60,000 nt of DNA, from contig NC_086097.1 in assembly GCF_963921235.1 (NCBI RefSeq), positions 56,794,001 to 56,854,000 of the forward strand, in the 5' to 3' direction. The translations under genes and the position numbers were made by a program. Source of the stretch: Mobula hypostoma (Eukaryota). Below the pieces are notes generated by a model. It was not told the DNA's origin. It saw only the letters and a program-made list of their open reading frames with translations, and did not search any database. Of this stretch, positions 1 to 13,626 are shown piece after piece; positions within the stretch are counted from its first letter, which is position 1, and every line of letters starts with the position of its first letter.

Positions 1-49
1 GACAGCCACAAAACAAAGAAAACCATAGAACCCTTTCAAAGAAAAAAAA

Positions 50-965
50 TCATCAACTCCTCCCCACACGCAAAAAAACAAATCGCCCAAATGGCAACGA
101 GGACATCAACCCCTGCTCAAATAACAGGCAAATGGCAACGAGGACATCAACCTCCCCCACGCAAAACAAACAAATCGTGCAAATGGCAACGAGGACATCA
201 ACCTCCCCCACGCAAAACAAACAAATCACCCAAATGGCAACGAGGACATCAACCTCCCCCACGCAAAACAAACAAATCGCCCAAATGGCAACGAGGACAT
301 CAACCTCCCCCACGCAAAACAAACAAATCGTGCAAATGGCAACGAGGACATCAACCTCCCCCACGCAAAACAAACAAATCGCCCAAATGGCAACGAGGAC
401 ATCAACCCCTGCTCAAATAACAGGCAAATGGCAACGAGGACATCAACCTCCCCCACGCAAAACAAACAAATCGTGCAAATGGCAACGAGGACATCAACCC
501 CCCCACGCAAAACAAACAAATCGCCCAAATGGCAACGAGGACATCAACCTCCCCCACGCAAAACAAACAAATCGCCCAAATGGCAACGAGGACATCAACA
601 CCCCCACGCAAAACAAACAAATCGTGCAAATGGCAACGAGGACATCAACCTCCCCCACGCAAAACAAACAAATCGTGCAAATGGCAACGAGGACATCAAC
701 CTCCCCCACGCAAAACAAACAAATCGCCCAAATGGCAACGAGGACATCAACCTCCCCCACGCAAAACAAACAAATCGTGCAAATGGCAACGAGGACATCA
801 ACCTCCCCCACGCAAAACAAACAAATCGCCCAAATGGCAACGAGGACATCAACCTCCCCCACGCAAAACAAACAAATCGTGCAAATGGCAACGAGGACAT
901 CAACCTCCCCCACGCAAAACAAACAAATCGTGCAAATGGCAACGAGGACATCAACCTCCCCCACT
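50..965. repeat. Minisatellite, about 18 units of 51 bp (CAAATGGCAACGAGGACATCAACCTCCCCCACGCAAAACAAACAAATCG[TG/CC]) with two 41-bp variant units
   Basis: Unit starts read at 88, 129, 180, 231, 282, 333, 384, 425 ... 933; near-identical copies; explains all overlapping ORFs in 53-1017. Confidence 0.97.
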
Positions 966-974
966 CACTGACGT

Positions 975-2780
975 AACACTGCCACTGCCTTTATTTCAAA
1001 ATGCCCTGGCATATTAGAATGTTCCACACTGAATTCATTATCGTCCATGACTTTACCCTTGATAAATACTGATGCAAAGTACTCATTTAGAACCTCACCC
1101 ACATCCTCCACCTCCAATGATCCCTCCAGTGGTCCTTCCCTCTCCCTAGTTATCCTCATGCTCCTGATATATGTGTAGAATGCCCAAGAATTTTCTGTCA
1201 TCCTATTTGCTAAGGACTTTTCATGGACCCTCCAAATTCCTTTCTTGAGTTCTTTCCAGTTTCTTTATAATCCTCAAAGGCTCTACTTGATTTTTAGCTT
1301 CCCAAACTTTACTTGTGCTTCATTTACCCTTCTTGACTAAATTTACCGCCTCTCTTGACATCCAAGGTTCTCTTACCTTCTTACCTTGCCATCCATGTCC
1401 CTCCTTCTTATGGACCATTCCTGTCCTGTACACTGTGCAGTTGGTCTGTAGACACCCTCTATGTGTCAGATGTGGACTTGCCTCAAAAATAGCTGTTCCC
1501 AATTATCTCTCCCTGGTACTTGCCTAATACTCTTGTAAATGTTCTCCCACTGGAAGATCAGTCACCTGGCCAGGCTCATTACCCAACCCCTTGTCCAGAA
1601 TGGCCTCTCCTTGTGTTGAATTATCTACACCTTGATTGAAGAAGCCCTCCTGGATGCGCAAACAAATTCTGTCCTATTTAACCCTCTCGCACTAAGGAGG
1701 CCCAGTCTATATTAGATAAGTTGAATTCACCCAAAACATCTGTCTGTATATTTATTCCTCAACGTCCTGGTGGCTATTAAGGGGTTCTGTAGTATAAGCC
1801 CATCAGAGTGATTGCGTTTTCCTTATTTTTGAGTATTATCCATTATATCTTCGTGAAGTACGCCTGTGATATTGTCCCTGTTTAATGGTGCAATCCCTTC
1901 CTGGCCTTTACCTCCCTCTCCATCTTTTCTGAAACACTGAAACCCTAGGATTTTAAATATCCATTCCAGTCCCTCTCTTAAACAAGTCTCTGTAATGGCC
2001 ACAACATCATAGTTTCAGATACTGATCTATGCTCTAAGTTCATCACCCTTCCCCTAATTCTCCTACCATTAAAATAACCACATTTCAACCCACACATCCC
2101 ATCACGTCTATTACATTGCTCCTGCCTGTTCTTCAAAAACTTTCCAGTCATTACATCTACCTTCGTCTTGATCTCTCCACTTTCTGACCAGGTGCTCTGC
2201 CTCCCATTCCTCTGCCGAACTATTTTACTATACTGACAATGCACTAGAGAAACTCCTAGCTAGGGTATTGGTTTCACTCCAGTTAAGTGCAGTCTGTCCC
2301 TCTTGTACAGGTTGCCCCTGCTTCAGAAGAGGTTCCAATAGTCCAAGAATCTGAAACCATACCCTTTACACTAGTTCATCAGCTACACATTCATCTGTTC
2401 TGTGATTCTATTCCAGTCCTGACTGGAACATGGCACTGGGAGTAATCCAGAAATTATTACCTTCTAAGACCTGCTTTACACTCTCTTTCCTACATCCCTA
2501 TACTCACTATGCTGGGTTGTCTCTCCCTTTCTACCTATGCTGGTGCCAATATGCACCACAACCTTTGGCTGCTCAACCTTCCCCTTGAGAACGTACTGCA
2601 GTTTCTCTGAGACACCTTGACCTGGGCACCAGGGAGGCAACACACTATCCTGGTGTCTTTTTTGTGGCTTCAGAATCTCCTCACTGTCCCCCTAACTGTT
2701 GAACGTCATAACTATTGCTCTACCTGTCTTTACTCTTCCCTCTTGAACCTCAGAGCCAGGCACGGCACTACTGTGCCCCA
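975..2780 (-). mobile_element. Degraded CR1 LINE fragment (ORF1 esterase end and ORF2 endonuclease region)
   Basis: Minus-strand peptides such as GEVLNEYFASVF, EPWMSRE and LKCGYFNGRRIR are typical of CR1 ORF2; many stops. Confidence 0.8.
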
Positions 2781-3639
2781 ATGTAATTGAATTAAATCTG
2801 TGGGTAATACCTTTTTTCATATGATATATAAGATGATATTGAAGGTAATTAATAGGACCCCAGAAACGGGAGTACAGTAATCCCCATTCTTTGTCAATGA
2901 TTGCTGAGAACTTGCAAAACACAGGAATCCAATTACTGTACTCCATTCAGAATGGTTGATACACCTTATCTTTTGCAGTTGTGTCTTGTTGAACCTGCTC
3001 ATGATTTGCTAGGTTGGTATACTTCTGCTAGTTCAGTGCAATTATTCTGTTTGGTTCAGTAATCATGAAGGCAACACATCTCTTTAATAATTGTAATGTT
3101 CATACAGTGATCAAATTCAATATTTTCACCAGTTTTACACATTCACATAGATTGTCAGGAAGCCATGACCAAGGAAGTAAAGCATTTAAGTAATTGAAAA
3201 ACTCTTTTAAATTCTGCTTTTCCTCCTACTGCTCTACTACGAATGCACAAACTAGTTCAAGAACATGTACAGTACATAAGGAAGGTAGATATGAGTATTG
3301 ACACATACCTAACAATATCCAAAATCAGAAATCCTTCCCATGGCAAGCACAGTGGTACTGCTTTACTTAGTAGTGAAAGTAGTAACAACAGGAAGGCTTG
3401 CAGAGCTATGACATGGAGGCTCCCCCCATGGTTCCACAACAAGGTTTTAATCACCTATGTATTTACTAGTCAAAATTCTATTACCCCCATTTGGATTCTC
3501 TACTATAGTTAAATATAGTAGTTAGCCACTTCAGTACTGGTGACTGCTCTAAACCAACTAGGCTAAGCAGAACACTGGGAATTTTTCCTATCTGTTGCAA
3601 CTCGTACATTAGCAAAACAGGGACAGGGCAATGTACAGA

Positions 3640-4330
3640 AGACTAAAAAATTGTTGTTGCAATGACACGTGGGCTCGCTTGACATCAGTGTGCAGTAAAG
3701 TTGGGATCTTGGTGAGCCCATTGGTGAATTCATGGTTTGCATACTATGACAAAAGCAGATGCAAGATGGGGAGTATTTTCAGTGGACAGACTCATTTGCA
3801 AAGGATGCTGTATAATCCCTCTGAATTGACTCAGCTAAAGGCTTCTGAATGGTCCAAAAAGACCATATTACAATTCTTGGTGTACTGCCCCTAAATGTGA
3901 ACAATAATGATCATTGATGACACAATGATGTCCATTGTGTCACCCACTGAGTGGAATCCACACTGCTCTTTGGAGACCAGCCCTTCAGCCACTGCGGCAA
4001 GGCACTGAGGGGGATTTTGGCGATGACTTTCCTTTTTGCAGATAGCAAGGAGGCTCTTCTGTAGCTATCAGAGTTTGACTTGCCTCATTCCTTAAAGATG
4101 TCCATCATTATAGTGTCCCTGAGGTCTACTGCATGTTGGAGTTTGAATTGTAAATCAGTTTCTTAAGTTCTTCCCTGCCATGTTTTAGATCATCAGCAGG
4201 CATAAATCTTCTCCCGGGACAGGGAGAGTCAAAGAGCTTGATGTCAGGACCTCAAATCCATCATGTCCAGGCTGCCCTTGTGGCATCTTTCCATACTTTC
4301 CTCATCTCTCAGCACTTGGACCACAGACTG
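3640..4330 (-). mobile_element. Highly degraded RTE-like LINE reverse transcriptase remnant
   Basis: Reverse complement shows decayed KVIAKI...EQCGF...AF..VNSEGLY...DVKR motifs in RT order. Confidence 0.5.
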
Positions 4331-4369
4331 CTATACCACAACAGTTCAACTTCTCAGGTAAATATTTCT

Positions 4370-6150
4370 TAAAAAGCTGTGAGAGTGGCTGCCTTCACTA
4401 TCCTCTCAGGCAGCACATTCCAGATTTCAAACATCCCCGAGATGAAAAAAAACCTTTTTTTTACATCCCCTCTGAATCTCTTCCTCATTTACCTTAAAAC
4501 TATGCCCTCTGGTTATAAACGTATTTGCTAAGGGGATAAGTTTCTCACTACCTACCTGTCCATTATGTTCCCAAATTATGTAAACCTCAGTCAGATTCCC
4601 CTTCAATCTACAACATTTGTACTTTATCCAAGGAAAACAAACCCAGCCAATGCAGTTCTTTTACATAGCTTTCTTATAATCATGTAACGGCGTGGTTTAA
4701 ATCTACTACTCTTCTTCAATAAAGGTACCAAATCTGCTGTCCTTCTGTCACCCAGCACCTCTTCTGTTTCCAGAGAAACTTTCAAAATCTCTTGTTATGC
4801 CCCAGCAGTCTCCCGCCTTGCCTTCCAAGGCAACCTGGGGAATATTGCATCAGACACTGGGGTATATCCACTTTGATGACTGAGAAAACATCCAATATCT
4901 CTTCTTTTTCAGTGATAATTTGTTTTAGAATTCCCCTTTCTATCTTCAATGTCTTTCTCCAGAGAGAATATTTATCTTAGACTTTGTCTACGCCCTCATA
5001 CACAGATGCACCTTTGGTACCTAATCAGCCATATTCTTTTGCTGGTTACCCTCTTGCCTTTAATAAACATAAAATGCTTTGAGATTTTCCTCCATCTTGT
5101 CCACCTGTGCTATTTTGAGCCTCCCTTTGCCTAATAGTTACCTTTCTCAGGTATCCAGCTCCCTACCTGAGGAGTCTCACGAGATTTTCTATGCTACTGT
5201 GGAGCCTTCCCTGCTTTCATTTCTTTATACCTGCTATATTCTTCCATTTATCCAAACCTTGATAACCCTGACATCCACTATTCTTTGTTCTTGTTCTTCC
5301 TACCTTCTACCATTTTGGGAACACAATGGCCCTGCATTTCAGGCCTTAATTTCCAGTTCATCGTCGTCTTCCACCATAATAGAATGGCCATTTATCTTTG
5401 TAGTGCTCTCCAACTTCCTACACTATCCCAGCCAACTTCCCAAAACTATCACCATATGTCTAGTGGCACTATTTATGTACAGACTTAAAAGATTTCCTGG
5501 ACGTACTGGACATCCTGGAAAATCTACTTTATGTCAGCCCTTCACACTGAGGTGATCACAGTTAATATTAGAGAAGCTGAAATCTTCTACTGTCCTTACC
5601 CCATTATTTTTACACTTTTCTGAGATTTCTAGAGTCATAGAGTCTCAGATCTATACAGTGCAGATACAGTCCCTTTGGTCCATCGAGTCTATGTCAACCA
5701 TAGTGCCCCCCCACCAAACCCAATTTCCAGGATTCAGCCTATATTGTTCTAAGCCTTGTCCTTCCATATACCTCCCTCAGTGCCTCTTAAATGATACCAT
5801 CATTTAAGAGGCACTGAGGGAGGTATATGGAAGGACAACCATTTCCTCTGGCAGCTCATTCCATATAGTCCCCACCCTCTGCATGAAAATGTTACCCCTC
5901 AGGTCCCTTTCAATTCTTCCCCTCTCACCCCAAACCTATGCCCCCCTAGTTTTGGACTCCCCTTCCCTGGGGGAAGGACCATCCACCTTATCGATACACT
6001 CATAATTTTAAACACTTTTATAGCATCTCTCCTATAAGAGGCTAATAAAAACTGTACACAGTACTCCAAGTACAGCCTCACCAAAGTCCCAAGTCCTATA
6101 CTCAGTGCCCTGACTGATGAAAGGCAACATGCCAAAAGCCTTCCTCACCA
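4370..6150 (-). mobile_element. Cluster of CR1 fragments, including 3' ends
   Basis: VRLYLEYCVQF and GGHRFGVRGE motifs on the minus strand; CR1 tail reversed near 5630. Confidence 0.75.
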
Positions 6151-6239
6151 AAAATATTTTTACCTGGACTGTAATAAAAGCTGATAATATTGGAATTGCT
6201 GTTGCATTTTTGCATGTACCCGCCATAAGGATGCTCAGA

Positions 6240-6253
6240 GCGCCCTCTAGTGG
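6240..6253 (-). promoter_or_regulatory. CTCF-like motif CCACTAGAGGGCGC
   Basis: Near-consensus CTCF core read on the minus strand (plus strand gcgccctctagtgg). Confidence 0.6.
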
Positions 6254-6444
6254 GCGGAATACCCTATTAACTTCTATGGAAAAAATAAAATACTGTGGAT
6301 TTTGCTTCTAAGCTCTTTATTTTTAGAACCCATAAAAGTTATATTGACATAGTTAGCTTCCATGTCATTTCCAAAATTAAAATCTTAAAATCTGAAGGTA
6401 AAAGACCTTCCTTAATCAGTTCCTTGTTTACATATGTGGGGAAA

Positions 6445-6970
6445 TCACAGAGTCATACACCAAAGAAACAAGCCCATTGGTTCATCTGGTCCATCCTAGC
6501 TCGTTCCATTTGCCAGCATTTGGCCCATACCTTCTAAACCTTTCTGTTCAATGTCCATGTCCAACTGTCTTTTTAAAGTTGCTACTGTCCTCCGGCAGCT
6601 TATTTCATGTACAGTACACTCCATCCTTTCTTAATAAAGGTTGCCCTTCAAGCCTCTATTAAATCTTTCCCCTCTCACCTTCAACCTCTACCAAGCTCTT
6701 GATTCCCCGGACCTGGAAAAAGATGACCTCTTAGTCTCCCACATTGCAAGGAAAAATGTTCCAGCCTGTCCAACCTCTCCTTATAAAATCAGTCCCTTGA
6801 ATCCCGGCAAAATTCTTGTAAACCTTTTCCGCACCCTTTCCAGTTGAATAACACACTTCCAAAGCAGAGTGTCCCAAAATGGAACACAATAATCCAAGTG
6901 CGTTCGCAGCAGTGTCGTGTACAACCACACCACAACCTCCCAATTTCCGTACTCAATGCCCATGATGCCC
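6445..6970 (-). mobile_element. CR1 3' fragment
   Basis: ORF 6781-7017 contains LRTHLDYCVPFW...LERVRKRFTRILPG. Confidence 0.8.
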
Positions 6971-8328
6971 TCAAATTGTGTGCCTACGCGGATGGGTACG
7001 GTTAAGTTGCAGTGCATGGCTAAAAATTTGCTGAAGTAGAAGAGAAACTGAAGAAAAAAAAAGATTCAGTCAGCCTTGGCCCAAAAAAAAGCAATTGTCA
7101 TCAAAAGAATAAAAATAGAAGTAGGAGTAGCTATCTTGGATAGAAAATTTCAAAGATTCATCATCCTCTGTACAAAATTTATTTCTCATATTTTCTGAAT
7201 GACTAACACTGTTTTGAGACTGTTGTTTTTGATGCTTTACACTCTGCATCAACCCCCTGTAAAGCTTCTAAATTCTAGAAACAATACTCTGCTTTACCTC
7301 TCCTCCTAGAGCAAATCTTTTATTCATGGGATCAGTATGATGAACCTTCAGAAGTCAATCTGGTGAAGAACCTGCCCCCCACCCCCCCTGTAATCCTTCC
7401 GTTCTACTTACTTTGATCACCTCTATGGGGCTCCCTATGCAAGGATGAATTTGCACCAACAGGGGTTTCAGGGAGGATTTACCAGATTGCTGGTTAGGCA
7501 GGTTTAATGCATAAGGGGAAATTAAACTAGTTTCTCATTCCGGAAGAATATATTTGTATTTTTTCCAGTGTAATGTAACTTTCTCAACTAAAACACTTGG
7601 CAAGGTATCCAAACTTGGCAGTTCAATTTCAGTTACCAGCTGAAGTTTTTAGAGAACATTTGTTTGAACTTTTTAGTCTTTTCCTTTCTTCCTGTGTGAA
7701 CTGCATGCCTCAGATTTTAGAACTATAGAGTTGTACAGCACAGAAACAGGCCATTTGGCCTAACTCATTGTTTGTGACCAGAGTTTGGCGCAAGCGTTAA
7801 ACTTCCTTGGAACGACTAACAGAAATGTCATGATTAGTACAGATTCAGGCAGTCCCTGGGTTACAAACACCAGCTGATGAGCACCTCAACACGTGAATAA
7901 GCTCTAATAAAATTAATAAGTTCAAAATCTGATGTATGTACATATGCTCATTCCCATGAAAGGCACATATAGTTCCCTCTCTCAATCCACCTTTAACATT
8001 TGTTTTCTCCTATCAGTCTTGTGAACTTTTGATGCCCCCATTCATTACAATACTGTGAGGTATGGTTGTGATATCGAGTGACATTTGTGTATTTTCCAAC
8101 TTAAGACAAATTTGATTTATGGATATCTCTAAAAACAACCAATTTGTTACCTGGGGCGACCTGTAAATAATTATTGTGAAATCTGAGCTGCTCACTGTCA
8201 GATACATGATGATGAATGTGCCACCTTTTCTGCTGGACTCAATCAATACCGATCGGAGTAAATTGAAGCTTAGGATCAACTGAGGTTAGCAAATGAAATT
8301 TGACCACATGAAGGAGAAATAGTGACTG

Positions 8329-8450
8329 AGGCTACGTCCACACTAGACCCGATAAATCTGTAACCGAAGCTTTTTCTCTTCGTTTTGACCCTCTGTCCAC
8401 ACTGAAACGGCGTTTACCTCCCCCAAAAACAGAGCTTTTCTGAAAGCTGA
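8329..8450. mobile_element. Truncated end of a PIF/Harbinger-like non-autonomous DNA transposon
   Basis: GGCTACGTCCACACTA terminus resembles Harbinger-type TIRs; no partner TIR seen. Confidence 0.35.
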
Positions 8451-9214
8451 AGGTGTATGGAGGGTGTGAAGACTTAACATGTCATCACCATAAACCAGTA
8501 TTTAGAAAAGGATTTACAAATGGTCCTGTGGATAAGAAAAGTTACCCTAGAGGAGGATGAAATTTAAATTACTTTTCTGGGATGAGAATTCAAATGAGAT
8601 TATTTTAGTCTTGGTGTATTGTTACAGAAGATTATCCATACTCAAGGCACATGGCTTTGGAATGAAAAGGTTAAAGCTGATATTGACAGTTTGATTGGGC
8701 ACTTCAGTTAATCATGGATACTTGAGGCTTGCCTCTTGTTTTATTATCAACAATAAACTTGATCATTTTAATTATTACTGTTTTATTCAAAAGTCTGCAT
8801 TAAAAACAAAGTTCAAAGTTCAAAAATTCAAAGCAAATTTATTATTAAAGTATGTAAATGTCATAATACACTACTCAGAGATTTATTTTCTTACAGGCAT
8901 ACACAGCAGAACAAAAAATACAACAGAAACAATGAAAAATTACACATTAAGACTGACAAGCTGGCTGCTTGGTTATGTGCAAAAGAAGTCAAACTGTGGA
9001 ATTGCAAAAAAAGAGCAAAGCATAAATAATTAAATAAGTAATACTGAGAACATGAGATGAAGTGTCCTTGAAAGTGAGTCCGTAGGTTGTGGAATCAGTT
9101 CAGTGTTGCGGTGAGTGAAGTTACCCACACTGGATCCGAAGCCTGCTGGTTGAAGGGTAATAACTATTCCTGAACCTGGGGGTGTGGGACAGGAGGCATG
9201 GAGACAGACTAGCT

Positions 9215-9846
9215 CCAATTGGCATCGATGGATCTGGGGTTCAGAGGGTGGACAGCTTTAAGTTCCTCGGCATAAATATCACCGAGGATCTCACGTGGTC
9301 TGTACACAACAGACCTCTTTCACCTCAGACGGTTGAAGAAGTTTGGTGTGGGCCCCCAAATCCTAAGAACTTTCTACAGGGGCTCAATTGAGAGCACGCT
9401 GACTAGCTGCATCACTGCCTGGTATAGGAACCATACTTCCCACCATCGCAGGACTCTACAGAGAGTGGTGCGGACAGCCCAGTGCATCCGTAGATGTGAA
9501 CTTCCCACTATTCAGGACGTTTACAAAGACAGATGTGTAAAAAGGATCATTGGCGACCGGAGTCACCACAAACTGTTCCAGCTGCTACCATCTGGGAAAC
9601 GGTACCGCAGCATAAAAGCCAGGACCAACAGGCTCCGGGACAGCTTCTTCCACCAGGCCATCAGACTGATGAACTCATGCTGACACAACTGCATCTCTAT
9701 GTTATACTAAATATCCTGTTATACATACTATTTATTATAAATTACTATAAATTGCAGATTGTACATTTAGACACTGACGTAATGTAAAGATTTCTACTCC
9801 TCATGTATATGAAGGATGTAAGTAATAAAGTCAATTCAATTCAATT
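9215..9846 (+). mobile_element. Rex1/Babar-like LINE 3' fragment
   Basis: FKFLGINITEDLTWS...LLPSGKRYRS...RLRDSFFHQAIRLMN; AATAAA followed by a (TCAAT)n tail. Confidence 0.9.
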
Positions 9847-10436
9847 CCTTCCCAATGACCAGTAGAGAGATTCTGGATATGAATCATTGCAATATCCTAA
9901 ATATACTGCTCCCTTTTTAAAATTATATAATGATTTTGCAAATTTTAATCTGGTGCATAGATAAAATTTTATCTATTATTCAACGGTCTGGACTCTTTAT
10001 CCATCATTATTCAATTAGTAACATTCTCACTTCAGAGCCAAAAACTCTAGGATCAGGTCCCTAGCCATAGCTTTATGGATGTCTAGACTGGAGTACCGCT
10101 TTACAGATGAAGTAATGAACTAAGGCCTCAGCTGTTCACTTGGGCATACAGTAATGAGCTCTTGGCAATCTTCCAAAGAGGAGAAACATTATCCCTGTTG
10201 TCTTGCCATTATTTATTCCTCAATCAGCACAATTTTAGAAAAATTGAATTTGTCATCTTTCACTTTGTGGGAACTTGCTGTCCACAATTTGGTGGCTAAT
10301 TTTTATCAACAACTTCACTGTAAATCAATATGGCACATTCCAAAATTGAGTAATATGAATACACGTATGATAAACAAAAATATTCAATTTACAAAAGAAG
10401 AGTTTATTTAGACATGACTTAATTAGGAAGAAGCTG

Positions 10437-13119
10437 ACCGGAATTGCACTGAGAGCGGTAAGCGTAAAGGAGGGGGGCTTGCGGTTCTGGTAAATAACAG
10501 ATGGTGCAATCCTGGTCATATTACGATCAAGGAATGTGTTTGTAGCCCGGATATTGAACTCTTTGCTGTTGGACTCCAGCCATATTATTTGCCAAGGGAA
10601 ATCTCGCATGCAATTGTGGTTGTTGTGTACATCCCCTCCTCTGCCAACCCGACGTCGGCATGTAACATCATTTACACTGTCATAGCCAGATTACAAACCC
10701 AGCACCAGAGTGCCCTCATTACCATCTCGGCTGACTTCAACCATGATACCATGGCTAAAACACTGCCCAACTTCACGCAGTATGTGAGCTGTACAACCAG
10801 AGGGGAGAGGACTCTGGATTTGATGTACGCTAACGTTAAGGATGCATACAGCTCCTCTCCCCTCCCCCCATTGGGAAGGTCAGATCACAACCTGGTGCAT
10901 CTAAAACCCTGCGACGTGCCTCTGGTGAAGAGTAAACCTGCAACCTCAAGGACAGTGAGGAAATGGTCGGCGGAGGCTTATGAGGAGGTCTAGGGTTGTT
11001 TTGAGGTGACAGACTGGCAGGCACTCTGTGAGCCACATGGAGAGGATATTGATCACTGATTACATCAACTTCTGTGTGGACTGCAATGTTCCGACAAGAA
11101 CTGTCCTTTGTTATTCAAATAACAAGCCATGGATAACAAAGGACATTAAGGACATCCTGAACGCTAAAAAGAGGGCGTTTAGAGATGGAAACAGGGAGGA
11201 GCTGAGGGCAATACAGAGGGACCTGAAAGCCAGGATCAGGGAGGTTAAAGACAGGTACAGAAGGAAGCTTGAGTGGAAACTCCAGCAGAACAACATGAGA
11301 GAGGTCTGGAGTGGGATGAGGACCATCACTGGGTTCCGGCAAACTAGCAACAGAGGAGCTGAAGGCAGTGTGGACAGGGTCAACGAACTTAACCTGTTCT
11401 TTAACAGATTTGACATTGTGGCCCCTTCCCATCCCCCACATGAGTCATCTGTGGTCGGCCCCCAACCAACACATATTCCACTCTCCCTCCTACCCCTCCT
11501 CACAGTCCCCCACCCTGCTCTCATGACTATACCCCTTCCCCACACGAAACCACCACTGTGGGCTTCACGGCTGAACAGGTGAGAAGACAGCTGAAACGTC
11601 TCAACCCAAGCAAGGCTGCAGGACTGGATGGTGTCAGTACCAGGGTGCTCAAAGCCTGTGCCCCTCAGCTATGTGGAGTACTTTGCCATGTATTCAACCT
11701 GAGCCTGAGGTTCCAGAGGGTTCCTGTGCTGTGGAAGACGTCCTGCCTCGTCCCTGTGCCAAAGACGCCACGCCCCAGTGGCCTCAATGACTACAGACCG
11801 GTGGCATTGACCTCCCACATCATGAAGACCCTGGAGAGACTTGTTCTGGAGCTGCTCCGGCCTATGGTCAGGCCACACTTAGATCCCCTCCAGTTCGCCT
11901 GCCAGCCCCGACTAGGAGTTGAGGATGCCATCATCTACCTGCTGAACCGTGTCTACGCCCACCTGGACAAGCCAGTGAGCACTGTGAGGGTCATGTTTTT
12001 TGACTTCTCCAGTGCGTTCAACACCATCCACCCTGCTCTGCTGGGGAAGAAGCTGACAGCGATGCAGATGGATGCTTCCCTGGTATCATGGATTCTTGAT
12101 TACCTGACTGGCAGACCACAGTACATGTGCTTGCAAAACTGTGTGTCTGACAGAGTGATCAGCAGCACTGGGGCTCCACAAGGGACTGTCTTGTCTCCCT
12201 TTCTCTTCACCATTTACACCTCGGACTTCAACTACTGCACAGAGTCTTATCATCTTCAGAAGTTTTCTGATGACTCTGCCATAGTTGGATGCATCAGCAA
12301 GGAAGATGAAGCTGAGTACAGGGCTACGGTAGGAAACTTTATCACATGGTGTGAGCGGAATTATCTGCAGCTTAATGTGAAAAAGACTAAGGAGCTGGTG
12401 GTAGACCTGAGGAGAGCTAAGGTACCGGTGACCCCTGTTTCCATCCAGGGGGTCAGTGTGGACATGGTGAAGGATTACAAGTACCTGGGGATACGAATTG
12501 ACAATAAACTGGACTGGTCAAAGAACACCGAAGCTGTCTACAAGAAGGGTCAGAGCCATCTCTATTTCCTGAGGAGACTGACTGAAGTCCTTTAACATCT
12601 GCCAGATGATGCTGAGGATGTTCAACGAGTCTGTGGTGGCCAGTGTGATCATGTTTGCTGTTGTGTGCTGGGGCAGCAGGCTGAGGGAAGCAGACACCAA
12701 CAGAATCAACAAACTCATTCGTAAAGCCAGTGATGTTGTGGGGATGGAACTGGACTCTCTGACGGTGGCGTCTGAAAAGAGGATGCTGTCCAAGTTGCAT
12801 GCCATCTTGGACAATGTCTCCCATCCACTACATAATGTACTGGTTGGGCACAGGAGTACATTCAGCCAGAGACTCATTCCACCGAGATGCAGCACAGAGC
12901 GTCATAGGAAGTCATTCCTGCCTGTGGCCAACAAACTTTACAACTCCTCCCTTGGAGGGTCAGACACCCTGAGCCAATAGGCTGGTCCTGGACCTATTTC
13001 CTGGCATAATTTACATATTACTATTTAACTATTTATGGTTTTATTACTATTTAATTAATTATGGTGCAACCGTAATGAAAACCAATTTCCCCCGGGATCA
13101 ATAAAGTATGACTATGACT
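10437..13119 (+). mobile_element. 5'-truncated Rex1/Babar-like LINE, ORF2 (APE endonuclease + RT) with a few disablements
   Basis: GRSDHNLV endonuclease motif, FFDFSSAFNTI, PQGTVLSPFLF, KFSDD; (ATGACT)n tail; 9-bp TSD AAGAAGCTG at 10428-10436 and 13120-13128. Confidence 0.95.
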
Positions 13120-13626
13120 AAGAAGCTGTGGCTGTCACCTGTAGTCTTGAACACAGTTTTATAGAAGGCCTTGTTTTAAAGATGGAGCTATATCTGTAAT
13201 ATTAAAGGATTATAGTTTGCTAAAATCATTAATGATCTGAATGGCCCTGAATTGGGTCCAATTCACAAACCTGCATTTGCAGAGTTTAACCACCTATCCT
13301 AAACTGTTATGGAGATCGAGGCCAAAACAATCTCATAATCCATATCTGGGTGACGTCCTCCCAGGCTGAGACTTGGCTTTTGACAGTGTCTTTGCTGGTC
13401 ACTGATATTTAAAAATTAAAGCTAAAGCTGGAGATTAATTTTAAGAAATCACACTCTAGCCCTTAACTTTTGACTCGGGTTTGATAAACCATTGACATGA
13501 TTGGGATTGTGCTTCTTATACCAACCACCCTAAATGTAAAACTGAGGGCGAATTGCAGGTTATTATCTGCACTCTGCTCTGGACTCCGTGGTATCGAGAG
13601 CAGAAAGAGAAGTTGAAAGTTGCATT

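Noticed and set aside
50..965. CRISPR-like array or mucin-like repeat protein
   Set aside because: No unique spacers, no cas genes, eukaryotic context; the ORFs arise only because the 51-bp unit lacks stops, and no splice context was seen.
2692..9218. Numerous 60-160 aa ORFs
   Set aside because: Antisense or off-frame readings of TE remnants or random AT-rich DNA; no recognisable host protein.
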